From the human T2T-CHM13v2.0 reference genome, Homo sapiens, in the NCBI RefSeq assembly GCF_009914755.1, contig NC_060934.1: a stretch of DNA of 64,000 bases; one strand, written 5' to 3'. Of this stretch, positions 43,024-55,620 are shown in pieces. A model generated the notes under the pieces. The model made no database searches. It saw nothing but the letters and a program-made list of their open reading frames with translations, and was not told the origin of the DNA. The first letter of the stretch is position 1. The number at the start of each line of letters is the position of its first letter. Position numbers and translations under genes: made by a program.

Positions 43024-43149
43024 GTTTTTACAGATGTCTGCAAAAAATATCCATATTGATGGATCCTGGCTCCTCAGAATCTGAGGTTTTTACAAATGTC
43101 TGCAAAAAATATCCATATTGATGGATCCTGGCTCCTCAGAATCTGAGGT
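43024..43149. repeat. Tandem duplication, 2 x 62 bp
   Basis: 43024-43085 and 43086-43147 differ at one base. Confidence 0.97.
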
Positions 43150-46100
43150 GACAGCAGCTTGCAGAGGACACTGCTCCCCCAACACTGCCTTCCAAGGGAG
43201 ACATGCCCTACCCCAAGGCCTCCCTTGTCCCCTCCCTCCTCTGACAGTCAGGTCCAGGGGGTCCTGGAGAGGGCACTGGCCCACCCTCCACACATGTTGC
43301 ACAGTGCCCTGGGAATGAGGAAGGAAGGGCAAAGGTTAGGGAAAACCAGACGTCAGTTTCTTGACCAGCCACAGCCGGTGCAGCGCGGTTATTTATAGCC
43401 CTGGTGGAGCGCCCATAAATCAAGGCTTTCCCCAGCAGCGCGGCTGTGAGGGCTCCGAGATGATCTCATGGTGCCCCTCCCTTGAACCATCCCAGAGAAA
43501 GGAGGCCTGTCACCTTCAAGGACCAATGCTTCTGCCGGGACTCAAGCAGAACCTGTTCCTGCTGCTGCAAGGTTTACAGGCAGCCTTGGGGACAGTCCGT
43601 GCAGAAATGTCAGGAGCCTTTTCCTGCATAAGGCATCTCAGAGCTTATAGCACCTCCTTGGCGGTGGCCGTGCTCGCAGCCTGATACATGGGACCTCTGT
43701 CTCACTTGCAGTGTGCACCGCAGGTCCTAATTCCTTATCTGTTCCAACCACAAAAGCTTCCACTGCTGGATGGAGCCCTGTTATCATTCAGGCTTCTGAG
43801 CCACCTGGAAGGCAAAGGCCTCTCTGTGAAAATGAAAACTTGGCTTTAAAAAGCTGGCATGGGCTCAGCCATGGAGTTGCTTAGATGTAGTTCACAATCT
43901 CGCAGACCCACGGCAGGATTCCACCCAGGAGAAGGTCCTGGAGGTGGCCATGGGGCTCAGCAGAATGAGCCGGGAGGAGCAGGACTGTTGACACGAGAGC
44001 AGGGGTCAGGCTCAGTGCACAGGTCCCAGTGTGCAGAGCTCACCCGGCCCCAGCTTTCATCACCCATCTGAGATCGGCCTCCTTCACTCCTGTTCTCTGG
44101 GACTTCCTTGTGTGTTAGAGACTCGAGCAAGACCCTTTCTTGTCTATCCCCGGACGGACCCGCCTTTCCCGCATCTCTGGGGGTGAGGTCGGCTCTCGTT
44201 CAGGCCTGCAGGGTCCCTGGTGCCGCAGCCCCTCTGGTTGGAAGGCCCCCTGCGTGCAGCCCCGTCCTCCAGCCCCGCTCGGCTCTGAATGAGTTCATTA
44301 TGTCTCAGCTCGCCCTGGCCGCCAGGCTGGCAGTTCTTCGGGCTGGCGGGGCTCGGGAGCTGTCAGCCTGCCAAATCCAGTTGTTTGACTTCATGTTTCA
44401 AGGCCAAATCCTTTCAGGAAAGTTCTCTCCATCCCACCACTCCACCGCCCCCCGCCCTTAGAAAAATAAATGCGTGATTGACTGGCTTTGCAGGTTTTTT
44501 ATCCATCGTTCTTTCCAAAGAATAGTGTGAACAGCTCATTCGATTCGTTCATGTAACGTCCTCCCTCTCCCAATCCCTGTCTCTCTCTCTCCTTCCACAG
44601 CCACATGAAATTGAAGTGGGAGAACATGGTGTGTGAGCATTATTGGGGGTGGGGTGCGGAGCAGGCACTGGCTTTGGTTGAGGTCTGCAAAGGAAAGCAC
44701 CCCCACTGCCAGGCTGCTCAGGAGTGGCTCCCACCCTCGACTGCGGGGAAGTGCTGGAACCCTCCGCACGAGGGCAACCTTTCTTGGGCTCTGAAGGCGC
44801 CTCTCATCCTCTGAGCCAAGAAGACTTCTGACCCAGAATTCTGAGTTGAGTTCCGACGCAGGCGTGGGCGATGGTGAGCAACTCCGGGCTACCCCGAGAA
44901 AGCCGCTGTGTGACCCCATTAGGGGACTTGGCTCTCCTGCCAAGCCCCCACCCAGCACCTGTCCCTTGTGTCATGACTGGACTTGTTACTTCTAGCCCAG
45001 GAGCTCCAGGTGAAGGGGACTGTGTTGGTCCTGTCTGCCCAGGACTCTCCCCACCCGCACAGTGTACCTGTCCCACAGTGGCACCAACAAGGCTCAGCTG
45101 AGCCCTTGCCAGAGGAGACACGGTGGGCACCAGCCCCAGCGCTGCCACCTGCCTGCCTCCTCTGCCACCGAGGGAAGCCATGTCGCCTTCCTGAGCCTGC
45201 TTCTCTGTCCACAAAACAAAGACTAGATAATTAGAGTGCACACTTGGAGGGACAGGATGGCTTCGTATCCATCTGGCTGTGCCCTGTAACTCAAGGGATG
45301 GGACTGTGTCATTGGTAAACACTGCAACAGGCCTCCTTTCCAGGAAACAGGATCCCTGTCTCAGACAGAAGCAGTCTCGCCCATCCTGGGGCCTGAGAGC
45401 ATCATTCCTTTGTGAGACTCAAATGTGAGGAATTCCTGTTTCCTCAAGTCTGTGTGGGGAGTGCAGAGCAGCCCTCTGAGGGGGTAGCGTGTGCAGGAAA
45501 TAAGCCGGGGGGAAGGGGGCACCGCGGGTGGGTGTTAACTGCTGCTTCGGGGTCCAGTCCTGTTAATGAAAGCAGGGGTGAGGCAAGGGGGGAAGACTCT
45601 CTGTACCTGATCAGTGGCATGTGTGTGGCTCCAGCCGGCATGGCCTGAGCTGCCGGTGAGGGAGAGGCCTCAGGGAGAAAAGACAAAAGCTGGGGTGCCC
45701 CTGAAGGTGGGGCAGAGCTGGGGCAGTCAGGGGCTCTTCCACAGGTGCAGGCCTGGTGCTGGAGGACACAGTCCATACCACCTCCAACCCCCACCACCTC
45801 CCCTGCCATGGACAGTGTGGGGCAGGCTCCTGAGGATGAGGCAGCCTGACCCCTACCCCTGGGCTGTCCCCCCGACTCCTGGTTTCTCTGGAAGCCTGGG
45901 GTTCCAGGCCATGCAGGTAGAGAACAACAGGTTTAGGACAAAGTCATTGTGGACACTGAGGCCCAGAAAAGGGACTTGCCCAAGGCCACACAGCAGGTGG
46001 CCAGCACTGTGTCCGTGTCTCTGTTATTCCTTCCTCTGCTTGCTTTGGGTTTATTTTGTGCTCCTTTTCTACTTCCTTAAGATGGGAGCTTCAGTGATCA

Positions 46101-48472
46101 ATTTCAGATCTTTCCTCTCTTCTAACAAGCATTTGGTACTATGAATTTCCCTCTGAATCCTGCTTCAGCTGCATCCCAACTTCTGATACCAGGTAGGAGT
46201 AATTGTTCTAAGCTCCGCAGCTGACTACAGAGAGCGGCCACATTTGAGAAACATTCTCATCTTCTCTCTGATCTTGGGTCTCTGACAATGGAGCTAGCAA
46301 CACTTCCTGGTTTTAAGGGCTCTGAGGAGCAAATTAGACTGTCTGGTGGTGAAGAACTTTGTTTAGGAACAATTTAAGATGCCAACAGGTTCATCTGCTC
46401 TCCTGCCTCCTTCTCCCCACCTTGTAACACACCCTAGACAAGTCAGCGCTCAAGTTTATATGGACAAATAAGCAAGTAAAATTAGTTAGGAAATCAAATA
46501 TTGGGGTTGGGGAACAATAAGAGAAGGCAAGCCCTATGGGATGGTAAACTGCAGTATAAAGCCCCATTTGCTGGCACAGTGTGGTCTGGCCTGTGACTAG
46601 GTGAGGGACAGTGCGGGGTGGCCTGCCTGCATATGCCAGGTTCTGTGTATCACATCTCTCACCAGGAAGGCAAAACCTGGCAGATGGCACCCAGGCCTGA
46701 TGGCTCCTCAACCCTCTCAGCACCCCAAAGAGGGAAGTCCCATCACCCTCACTCACCCAGCCCCGGGCTGGCCCTGTCAGCTCTCGAACTGCAGCATACC
46801 CGAGCTCTTAAAGCACACTGGACCTAGGGCTCAGGTTTGAGCTTTCATGATGAGACCCTGAGGTCACTGGCGGGGAAAATGAGTCACTGGGGCATTCCCC
46901 GAACTTGGGAAAAGCCCTGACCCCAGAATCCTGAGCCTAAATTGCTGCCAAGTTCCCGATTTCCCTTCCAGTCCTCAGTTTCCCCTTCTCTCCGGCACCC
47001 TCCTGAGGACCACTGAGCCCCAACCACCACCATGCCCATGGCTGGTGCCCAGGAGGTGGGAGCTGTGGAGCTGCCTCCAGGCCTTCCCGGAGGCCCCATG
47101 GCTGTCTTACTTGGTTTGTGGCTTCCCAGTAAACGGTGGGACAGGACCAGGGTCTGAGGAAAAGCAAAGCAGTGTTGACAGAGTGTCCTGGAGGGCAGCT
47201 TGTCTCCCTGGCCTGGAGATGAAAACTGAAGAAAACAAGATTCCGTCTAGGAATCGTCCAGGGCGCGGCAGCCCGCCAGGAGCCCGGGCAGCTTGGATGG
47301 GGTCCCTGTGGGCACAATCGGCCCAGTGTGGGGCGCACCGCCCCAGGCAGGCTGGCGTCCCGGGGGCCAGAATGAATGGACCCTCACTGGGCCGCTTTGA
47401 CAGTTTATGAGGTGATGACGTTGCAGCTATGATTGATGAGGTGGCCTCAGTCGGCGTTTCGGGGAACCGGGTACAAGTTGCTAGGGAAATACAGGGGGAG
47501 GGTGCTGCCCTCCCCACTGGCCCGCTCTGGGTCCCTGTGCTATGCCTCAGTCTCCCCATCTGTGTGGAGGAACTGATGAAGACAGCACATGCCCCCTGCC
47601 CTGGTCCCTGGATTGCAAGTCCAGACAGAGCGTCCTGGGAAGCCAGCTGAGAGCACCTCTTTCTCTTTGGGTCCTGCAGCCCGTGGGTGGCAGGGCGGTA
47701 ACCCCATCTGCCCAGAACCAGGCTGCGCTCTCGGGAGGGACACAGACTCTTATCCTCTTAGGTACAGCCTCCCTGGCCGCCTCGGATGAGCATCTGCCCC
47801 TCCCGGGCCTCAGTTTCCACACCTGAGATGGGAGAGGTTGCATCCTAAAGGCCCTCCATCTCTCAGGTTGGGGGATCACTCTTGTTTCCCTGCAGTTGTT
47901 TCCAGCATTAGAGTCACACTGGGGTCCTTGTTCTAGCCCCCGCGTGTTGGCTGCATGACCCGAACTTTACTCCCATGTCCTCCTCTTGGGGGTGTGACAT
48001 GAGGTCTTCCCCAAGTGGCCCCGAGTGAGGCACCACCATGGACCTGATGGGCAGATCCCCCAGGGCACTCTATCCAGAGGGTGGTGGACCCAAACGCGAC
48101 GTCCCCAGTGGCGGTGGCTGAGGAGAGGGGTTGGGGCGAGGACCAGCTCTGGGCAGTCTCCAGGTCATGCGCGTTTGACGCAGGAGGTTTTGCCGGCGCC
48201 AGGGGCTCCCTCGGCTGACCGAGGGTGTCCCTTACTCCATAAGGTACTGATATGGTCTGCGGAGCAGGTGGCATTTGCCATGCCTGCCCTGCTTGGGTAT
48301 TTGGCCCCAGGGCCAGGGCTGTCCCTCCCACAGCTATTGAACACCAGGTCCTTGCTGCGTCTGGCTGGGCTGCAGAATACCCTTGACCTTTCAGCATCCT
48401 CAGTACCTCTGTGGAGTGCTGCCATGACCAAACTAGAGACTGTTATTATTACGCACATTTTAAGACAGCATC

Positions 48473-48770
48473 GGCCGGACGTGGGGGGCTCCCACCAGCA
48501 CTTTGGGAGGCTGAGGCAGGCGGATCACTTGAGGTCAGGAGTTCAACACCAGCCTGGCCAACATGGGGAAACCCTGTCTCTACTAAAAATACAAAAAAAC
48601 TAGCTGGGCATGATGGTGCATGCCTATAATCCCAGCTACTCAGGAGGCGGAGGCAAGAGAATCACTTGAACCTAGGAGGCAGAGGTTGTAGTGAGCCAAG
48701 ATCATGCCATTGCACTCCAGCCTGGGCGGCAGAGTGAGACTCCATCTCAAAAAAAAAAAAAAAAAAAAAA
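48473..48770 (+). mobile_element. AluSx/Sz
   Basis: Full dimer; TSD aagacagcatc. Confidence 0.95.
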
Positions 48771-49023
48771 GACAGCATCACTGTAGCCAAGGGAACTTAA
48801 AAGAAAAAAGTGCATGTTTAGACAGTTGTTCATTTCCTCCAGTTTCCTGCCAGCCCCCTTCTGTAGCTGTGGGCACGTGCACATATAAGTCTTCTCTTTC
48901 TCACCCTGCTCATTGTTCATAGCTGCATAATATTTTACAGAGCAGATAAACTCTGCCGGCCTTAACTACTCCCAGGGTCGAACGTCTCCTTTTCTATCGT
49001 AAATATCTCTGCAATTCCTATAG

Positions 49024-49491
<468 letters not shown>

Positions 49492-50040
49492 CCATGTCAT
49501 TTAATGAGGCTGGGCCTGCCTCTTTCTGATGGAATGAACTCTCCCCAGGTGACAGCCTCTGGTCCCCTCTGCCTTTGGAGTGACTTCTCCTGCATGGGGG
49601 TTCTGGGCAGGGTTGGGGGGTGAACACTGGAGAGGGATCAGTCCCAGCTCTGTTCTTCCCCACCCGCTGCAACCTGGTTGGGGACGCGAGGAGGGCACCC
49701 AGCAGGCTGCCAGGGGGAGGAGGAGGGACTGCAGTCTGGGCCCAGAGCCCGGTTGTCCCCCATGGAGCCACACAGCAGGCACCTCAGAGTTTGCATCCAT
49801 TGGAGATGGCCAGGAGTCTGCTCGTGTGGGAAGAATGGCTTCTGAGCGCCAAGGTAGCCTGTGCTGGAGCCTTGGCTGCCATAGAAGGCCATTCACGTCC
49901 CTCACACCCTGGCCTGTGCTGCTGGGAAGGCTGTCACTCCTAAACAGTTATCTGCTTCTGTGTTAACCTACAGGGATTCCCTCTTTGCTTTGGCTGCCAG
50001 GGAACTCAAAGCTAAGTTTTTTCGCTCACATTCCCAGGCT

Positions 50041-50132
50041 TCTGGTGTAGATATCTCCCTTCTTCCTTACTGTGGTTTCTGAGCCATCTGGTGTAGATAT
50101 CTCCCTTCTTCCTTACTGTGGTTTCTGAGCCA
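50041..50132. repeat. Perfect tandem duplication, 2 x 46 bp
   Basis: tctggtgtagatatctcccttcttccttactgtggtttctgagcca twice. Confidence 0.97.
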
Positions 50133-50229
50133 CCCTGCAAACTTCCTCTGCATCTGTCCCAGTACAAATATCACTGTGTGCCCTTCTAGGCTATCTGGGA
50201 CACTTAAAAATAAATAAATAAAGACATCT

Positions 50230-50900
50230 GTCTGAGGCTTAACTTGCATATAGCAAAGTGCATGAATCTGAAGTGTGTGGCTGATGAATCTGTACACACC
50301 GCTCTCCCTGCACAGCCACCCAGATGAAGACGAGGAGCACCTCCAATACCCAAGCCTCCCTCCACCCAGTCAACACTCTTCTCCAGAGGGAGCTAGCCCG
50401 TGCCTTCACCCCCGTCTTCTGCCTGACGGTAAACTTGAGGTGAATCGGCTCCTACCCATGAACACCCACCGTTCATTTCATCCGTGTTGTTCTGTGCAGC
50501 CAGACTCCATCCTACGGCATCCGTGGGTGATGTTTCATCACGAGGCTGGACCACGATGTGTTTATCATGTCACTGTTGCTGTCACATGGGCTGTTTCTGG
50601 CTTGGGGTCCTTATGAACAGAGCTGATCAGAACATATCTGTCCATGGCTCTTGGTGGACATAGCCTCATTTCATGTGTGTGACTCAGGAGTGAGGTTGCT
50701 GGGTCCCGCGGCATTCATGTGTTTAGTGTAGGAGACTCTTGCCAAACATTTCTCCAGAGTGTCCGATGTACCATGTTGCGCTCCTGCCAGCCTCGCTGAG
50801 TTCCCATAGCACCATGTCTTCTGCAGCACACGATGTGGCCGGACCTCTCCACGCTGGCCATTCAGGTGGACGTGGAGCGGTGTCATTTCCTTCCTGAGGG
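50230..50900 (-). mobile_element. Degraded L1M fragment
   Basis: aaagtgcatgaatctgaagtgt...gggctgtttctggcttgggg..ttatgaacagagctg...gttgctgggtc. Confidence 0.7.
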
Positions 50901-51208
50901 GCCTGCATGAATCCCTTTTAGGTGGAACACACACAGAGTGGGCCGGCGCTCATAAGCAGTCCCGTGTGAATCCTTGGAGAGCTGTGGAGGTAGCACAGCT
51001 GCATCTCTAGGTTGGGGCCACTCTTTTCTTGGAACAAGAGCCCTAAACGTGGGACCCTAAACAACACCCAGGGAGGAGCAGCCTGGCCTATGAGCAGGGG
51101 GACACCATGAAGCTGGGTGGACGGGTGGGGAGGCCCGACTTTAAGGGACCTGCTTCCTAAGCAAACAGGCCAGGACAGAGGCTGCAGGTATAAGCCCTGC
51201 CCTGCCAC

Positions 51209-51751
51209 CATGATGGTGAATATGAGGTGTCAACCTGATTGGACTGAAGGATGCCTAGATGGCTGGTAAAGTTTTGTTTCTGGCTGGTTAAGTGTGTCTG
51301 TGAGGGTGTTGCCAGAGGAGACTGACTTTTGAGTCGGTGGACTGGGTGACGGAGACCCACCCTCCGTGTGGGTGGGCACCATCTCATCGGCTGTCCTTGT
51401 GGCTGGAACAAAGCAGATGGAGGAAGGTGGGAAGACTTTGTTTGCTGGGTCTTCTGGCTTTCATCTGTCTCCCGTGCTGGATGCTTCCTGCTCTGGGACA
51501 TCAGACTCCAGGTTCTTTGACCTTTGGACTCTGGTTTAGCTGGAGCTCTCGGGAGGTGTCGGCTTCCCTACTTTTGAGGATTTTGGACTCGGACTTGGCC
51601 ATTACCAGCTTCTCTCTTCCCCAGCTTGCGTACGGTCTGTCGTGGGACCCACCTAGTGATCGTGTGAGCCAGTTCTCCCTAATAAACTCCCTTTCATGTA
51701 TAGACATGGATCCTATGAGTCTTTTCCCTCTGGGGAGCCCTGCCTAACACA
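51209..51751 (+). mobile_element. MLT2A-type (HERV-L) solo LTR
   Basis: tgatggtgaatatgaggtgtcaacctgattggactgaaggatgc...aataaactccc...ccctgcctaacaca. Confidence 0.9.
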
Positions 51752-53034
51752 GTGGCATAGAGCTCCAGGCAGGCCCCTCACCTGGCCTTCAGCTTCAGTT
51801 TCTTTGCCTACTGGGCTGAATATTGGTGTCACCACCCAGGATAGCAAGTCCCCATCAGTGTCACTGCCACCTGTCGAAGAGATCCCCCAGCCCAGCACTC
51901 GGGTCTGTGAGTGGCAGTGGAGATGACACTAGGCTCTAAGTAGTGGGGCTGCGTGACTCCAGCGCCCCTAGGACCAGCAAGGGCACCCAGAGCACTGTGG
52001 GAGGACTGGTGCCGCCTCCCTGCCCCCCTGCTTTCTCCTGGGCCACTGGGCTAGACATGGGGCCTCCCTGCCCCCATATGGTTTGGCCTGAAAAAGAGAG
52101 GAGGTGGGGTGGCACTTCTGGGGCAGCCCAGAGTGAGTGCCCTGCCCTGAGCCCAGCGTGTGCCCCGCCTGTGCCCCTGGGTGGGGGGTGCATACAGACC
52201 TCGGGGGGATCTGGCCGTTGGAGTGCGCACTGGGAGGGACGGAGTCAGCTCTTTTTAATCTAAACACACACCAGGTGCTTAACGTGTTTTTATCAAAATA
52301 TCAAGCACAGCTGCAAGAGGCTGCTCTGCTCCAAGGCCCTACGCCCAGGCCCGTCCCTCTGCCAAAGCGAGCCTTTTAGGTGAGCCCTGCCGGCCACCTG
52401 CTAGCCCAGGCCCCGGCTCCTGGTGGGCCCTGGACCAGGCTGCAAGCATATCCAAGTGCATGGCAGTGAGACGTCCAGGCCTCCCAGCCCCAACTCTGGG
52501 CCTCCGTTGGGTCAGCGGTAAGATGGGGCAGTGGCACCTACCTCCCCGGCTGCTGTGAAAACCAAGTGAGCGGAAGCATGGCAGCCCCTCACCAGGTCCC
52601 CAGTGGGAGGACTCTCAATGATTGGCACTGCCAGGAGTAATGTTATGAGAGGAGCGTCCCATCAGCCTGGAGGGGACACAGGCTGGGTCAGCACCCACAG
52701 GGGCTTCCGCTTCTCTGTCTCAGGGGGTCCAGGGTGGCCCCTTGCCACTGGTCCCCAGGCACAGCCGCTACACAGGTGCCTCTGCAGGGTCTGGGAGTCA
52801 GCTGTCCAGGGCCTGCTTGGCCACCGCAGGGCAGGAGTGTGGCACTGTGAGCCTGGTGGCCTGGCTGGGCGTGGCCTTGAGGTTCTATTGATAACCCCAT
52901 GGGGAAAGCCCCCCTGAGGTGCTTGGGCATCGGACCTGCCCACCATCTCCTGAGGTGGGGCCTGCTCTCCAGACAGTCAGGTCAGCATGAGTTCCCATGA
53001 GGCCAGGGCCAGCACGAGGACCTGCTGGGAGCGG

Positions 53035-53718
53035 TCCATCCACCCATCCGTCCGTCCATCCATCCATCCATCCATCCCTATCCACCTGTCCACCCTGATG
53101 CAGTTCCTGCCATCCACGTGTCCATCTGTCTACCCGTACACCTGTTCATCCCCATCCATCCATCCCCCTGTCCATCCCTGCCCATTCATCCACCCTGATG
53201 CAGCGCCTGCTACCCACCCTTCTCTGTCCATCCCCATCCATCCATCTCTGTCCATCCATCTGTCCACCTGTCCATCCCCCTATCCATCCCTGTCCATTCG
53301 TCCACCCATCCACCCTGATGCAGCACCTGCCATCCACCCTTTTCTGTCCATCCCCGTCCATCCATCTCCATCTATCCATCTCTGTCCTTCCATCTCCATC
53401 TATCCATCTCTGCCCATCCATCCATCCATCCATCCATCCACCTGTCCATCCCCATCCATCCATCCCTGTCCATCCATCCACTCATCCACCCTGATGCAGT
53501 GCCTGCCGTCCACCCTTCTCTGTCCATTCCCATCCATCCATCCATGTCCATCCATCCATTCATTGCCCATCTGTCCACTCACCCATCCACTCATCCCACC
53601 CACCCATCCATCCACCCATCCGTCCCCAGCCATCCATCCTCCTGTCCATCCCTGTGCATGCATCATCCTTCCAACTGTCTGTTTGTCCATTCCCATCCAT
53701 CTATCCACCCATCCACCC
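53035..53718. repeat. Complex (CCAT)n/(TGGA)n array with four embedded cassettes
   Basis: CCAT backbone; caccctgatgcag at 53091, 53191, 53311 and 53487. Confidence 0.95.
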
Positions 53719-53719
53719 A

Positions 53720-53870
53720 GGCGAGCACCTGCCATGCCCACGACCTGCACCATCTCGGTGAATCTCCATCGTAGCCCCAGGAGGGGCTCTTTTCAGCTGC
53801 ACTTTCAGGATGAGAGAAGGGAGGCTCTGAGTGGCCATTTGCCCAAGGTCACACAGAGCTCAGGGCCAGC
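53720..53870 (-). mobile_element. MIR fragment
   Basis: gagcacctgccatg...gaggctctgag...ttgcccaaggtcacacag. Confidence 0.6.
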
Positions 53871-55259
53871 GCTTCCCATGGCCAAAGCCCAGGCCCCCTC
53901 TGCCAGTCCCGCCTCCAGGCTTGCAGGTGGAGCAGCCAGGGGTTCCGTACTCCCTGCCAGGCAGCTGCCAGCCCTCCCCGCTCCCCTCTCAGTTCCTCAG
54001 CCTGGCTATGGGAGGCCCAAGTCCCACGTGTCACTGGAATTCGGGAGGCCTGGCTCTCAAAGCTTTCTGTACAAAACAAGGAGAAAAAGAGAAGCCACTT
54101 TTGCTGTCTGGACATGCTGTGGGTGTCCTGGGGAATGTGCTGGCCCACTGCTTGGGGCCTGACTTGGAGTGCCCAGGAGCTGCGTCTGCACTGTGGCTTG
54201 AACCGAGTGTCGTGCTCTGTGGACAGAGCCATCCACTCTGGGGGTGCTCGTCCCATGGCACTGTCAGCCCCCATTCTGGAAGGTCCCAACTGGGTCCCCC
54301 AGGCCTGTGTCCCAGAGACCTTCCAGGTCTTCATTCACTGATCATGCATTTATTTTGGGGGTAGGATAGGTCCTGAAGACCACAGGGCAGGGATCTCTGA
54401 GTTGGGGCTTTTGCGGAGTGAGGGAGTGAGAGGGTGTTCCAGGCAGAGGAGGTGGCAGAGAAAGGCACCAAGTGAGGCAGGGGCAGTTGGTGACATGAGT
54501 GCTCGGGAGCGGGGAGAGGGGGCAGCTGGTGGGTAAGCAGAGGCCAGCTCCAAGGCCCCCCTGTGGGCCACATTAGGGAGACAGGGTCTGGCCTTGTTGG
54601 TAGCGCGGCCCCTCGCAGTGATGGGTCCCCTGTCAGACCTCCAGGATCCTGGGTTGCTGGTTTGGCGCAGCCCCGGCTTCTGTGAGCTTTTGTTTCTGTT
54701 ACTGGCACCTGCAGCTCTTCCTAGGCCCCTGCCCTGGGGCACTGGTGCCTGCTTCACCAAAGGCACAGAGGGCTGCAGGCGACTGGGGCAGGGTGGGGGG
54801 CTTGCCTCTTAGGGCTCAGCTTCACTGGCCAGAAACAGGGCTGGCTCGAGCTGGGTGTTGGCCTGGGTGGGGTGGCCAGCATGCCCACACCTCTCAGTCT
54901 GGATGTGGGGAGAGGTTGTTCCATCCAGGGCAGTTGGTCTCCAGAAGGAAATTCTCTGTATCTGGGTGCTGCAACCTAGGTGCCCGGGGTCTCACGCAGT
55001 GGGGCCTCCCCGGAGGAGGTGAAGTGCATGTGGCCCCTCGTGCTGGATGGAGCTGGACTCTAGGGAGGACCAGGAGGGTGAGCTCAGGCCAGGGCGCCAA
55101 GGCCCTGAGCCCCAGGGGCCTGCCTGTCTGCCCATCACTCCTCCACTCATGGGGAGGGACTGCCCCCCAGCCCAGATTTCTAGGAGGGCCGAGGCTCACA
55201 GGAAGCCAATGCCAGGCGATAACCCACAGTCCCCAGTGGTCAGTAGGAAGGAGGCTGCC

Positions 55260-55620
55260 TGCTTGTGTGCTCATTAGGAGCCAAGGCCATGAGGCCACTA
55301 ACGGAATGTCCCTGATCTCAGGGATCTCAGTGTGGAGGTGGCAGCACACAGGTAACCAAACAATTGTGGCAGATTGATGGGTGCTGTGATGGGGTCCACA
55401 CAGTTACCGTGGAGTGCAGAGTGGGCACCTAACTGAGGAGGCAAGGGTTGGAGGGAGGAAGGTTTCAGGGAAGACTTCCTGGAGGAGGTGACTTGTTCTT
55501 AGGGAATGAGGCCCAGGGAGCTAAAGCTTTAGGGCAGGGCAGCAGATTCAGAGACACCCCCAGGGGTAGGGGGAAGTGCACTAGAGTGGCGTGTGCCTGG
55601 CGTGGGAACAGGGAGACATT
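55260..55620 (-). mobile_element. L2 fragment
   Basis: tccctgatctcagggatctcag...tcagggaagacttcctggaggaggtgac. Confidence 0.55.

Noticed and set aside
53091-53520. Repeat-spacer-like pattern suggestive of CRISPR
   Set aside because: Primate DNA; spacers are CCAT microsatellite of unequal length; no cas genes.
52987-54162. 391-aa ORF rich in P/S/I/H
   Set aside because: It is the translation of the (CCAT)n repeat plus a MIR; stop-free by composition.
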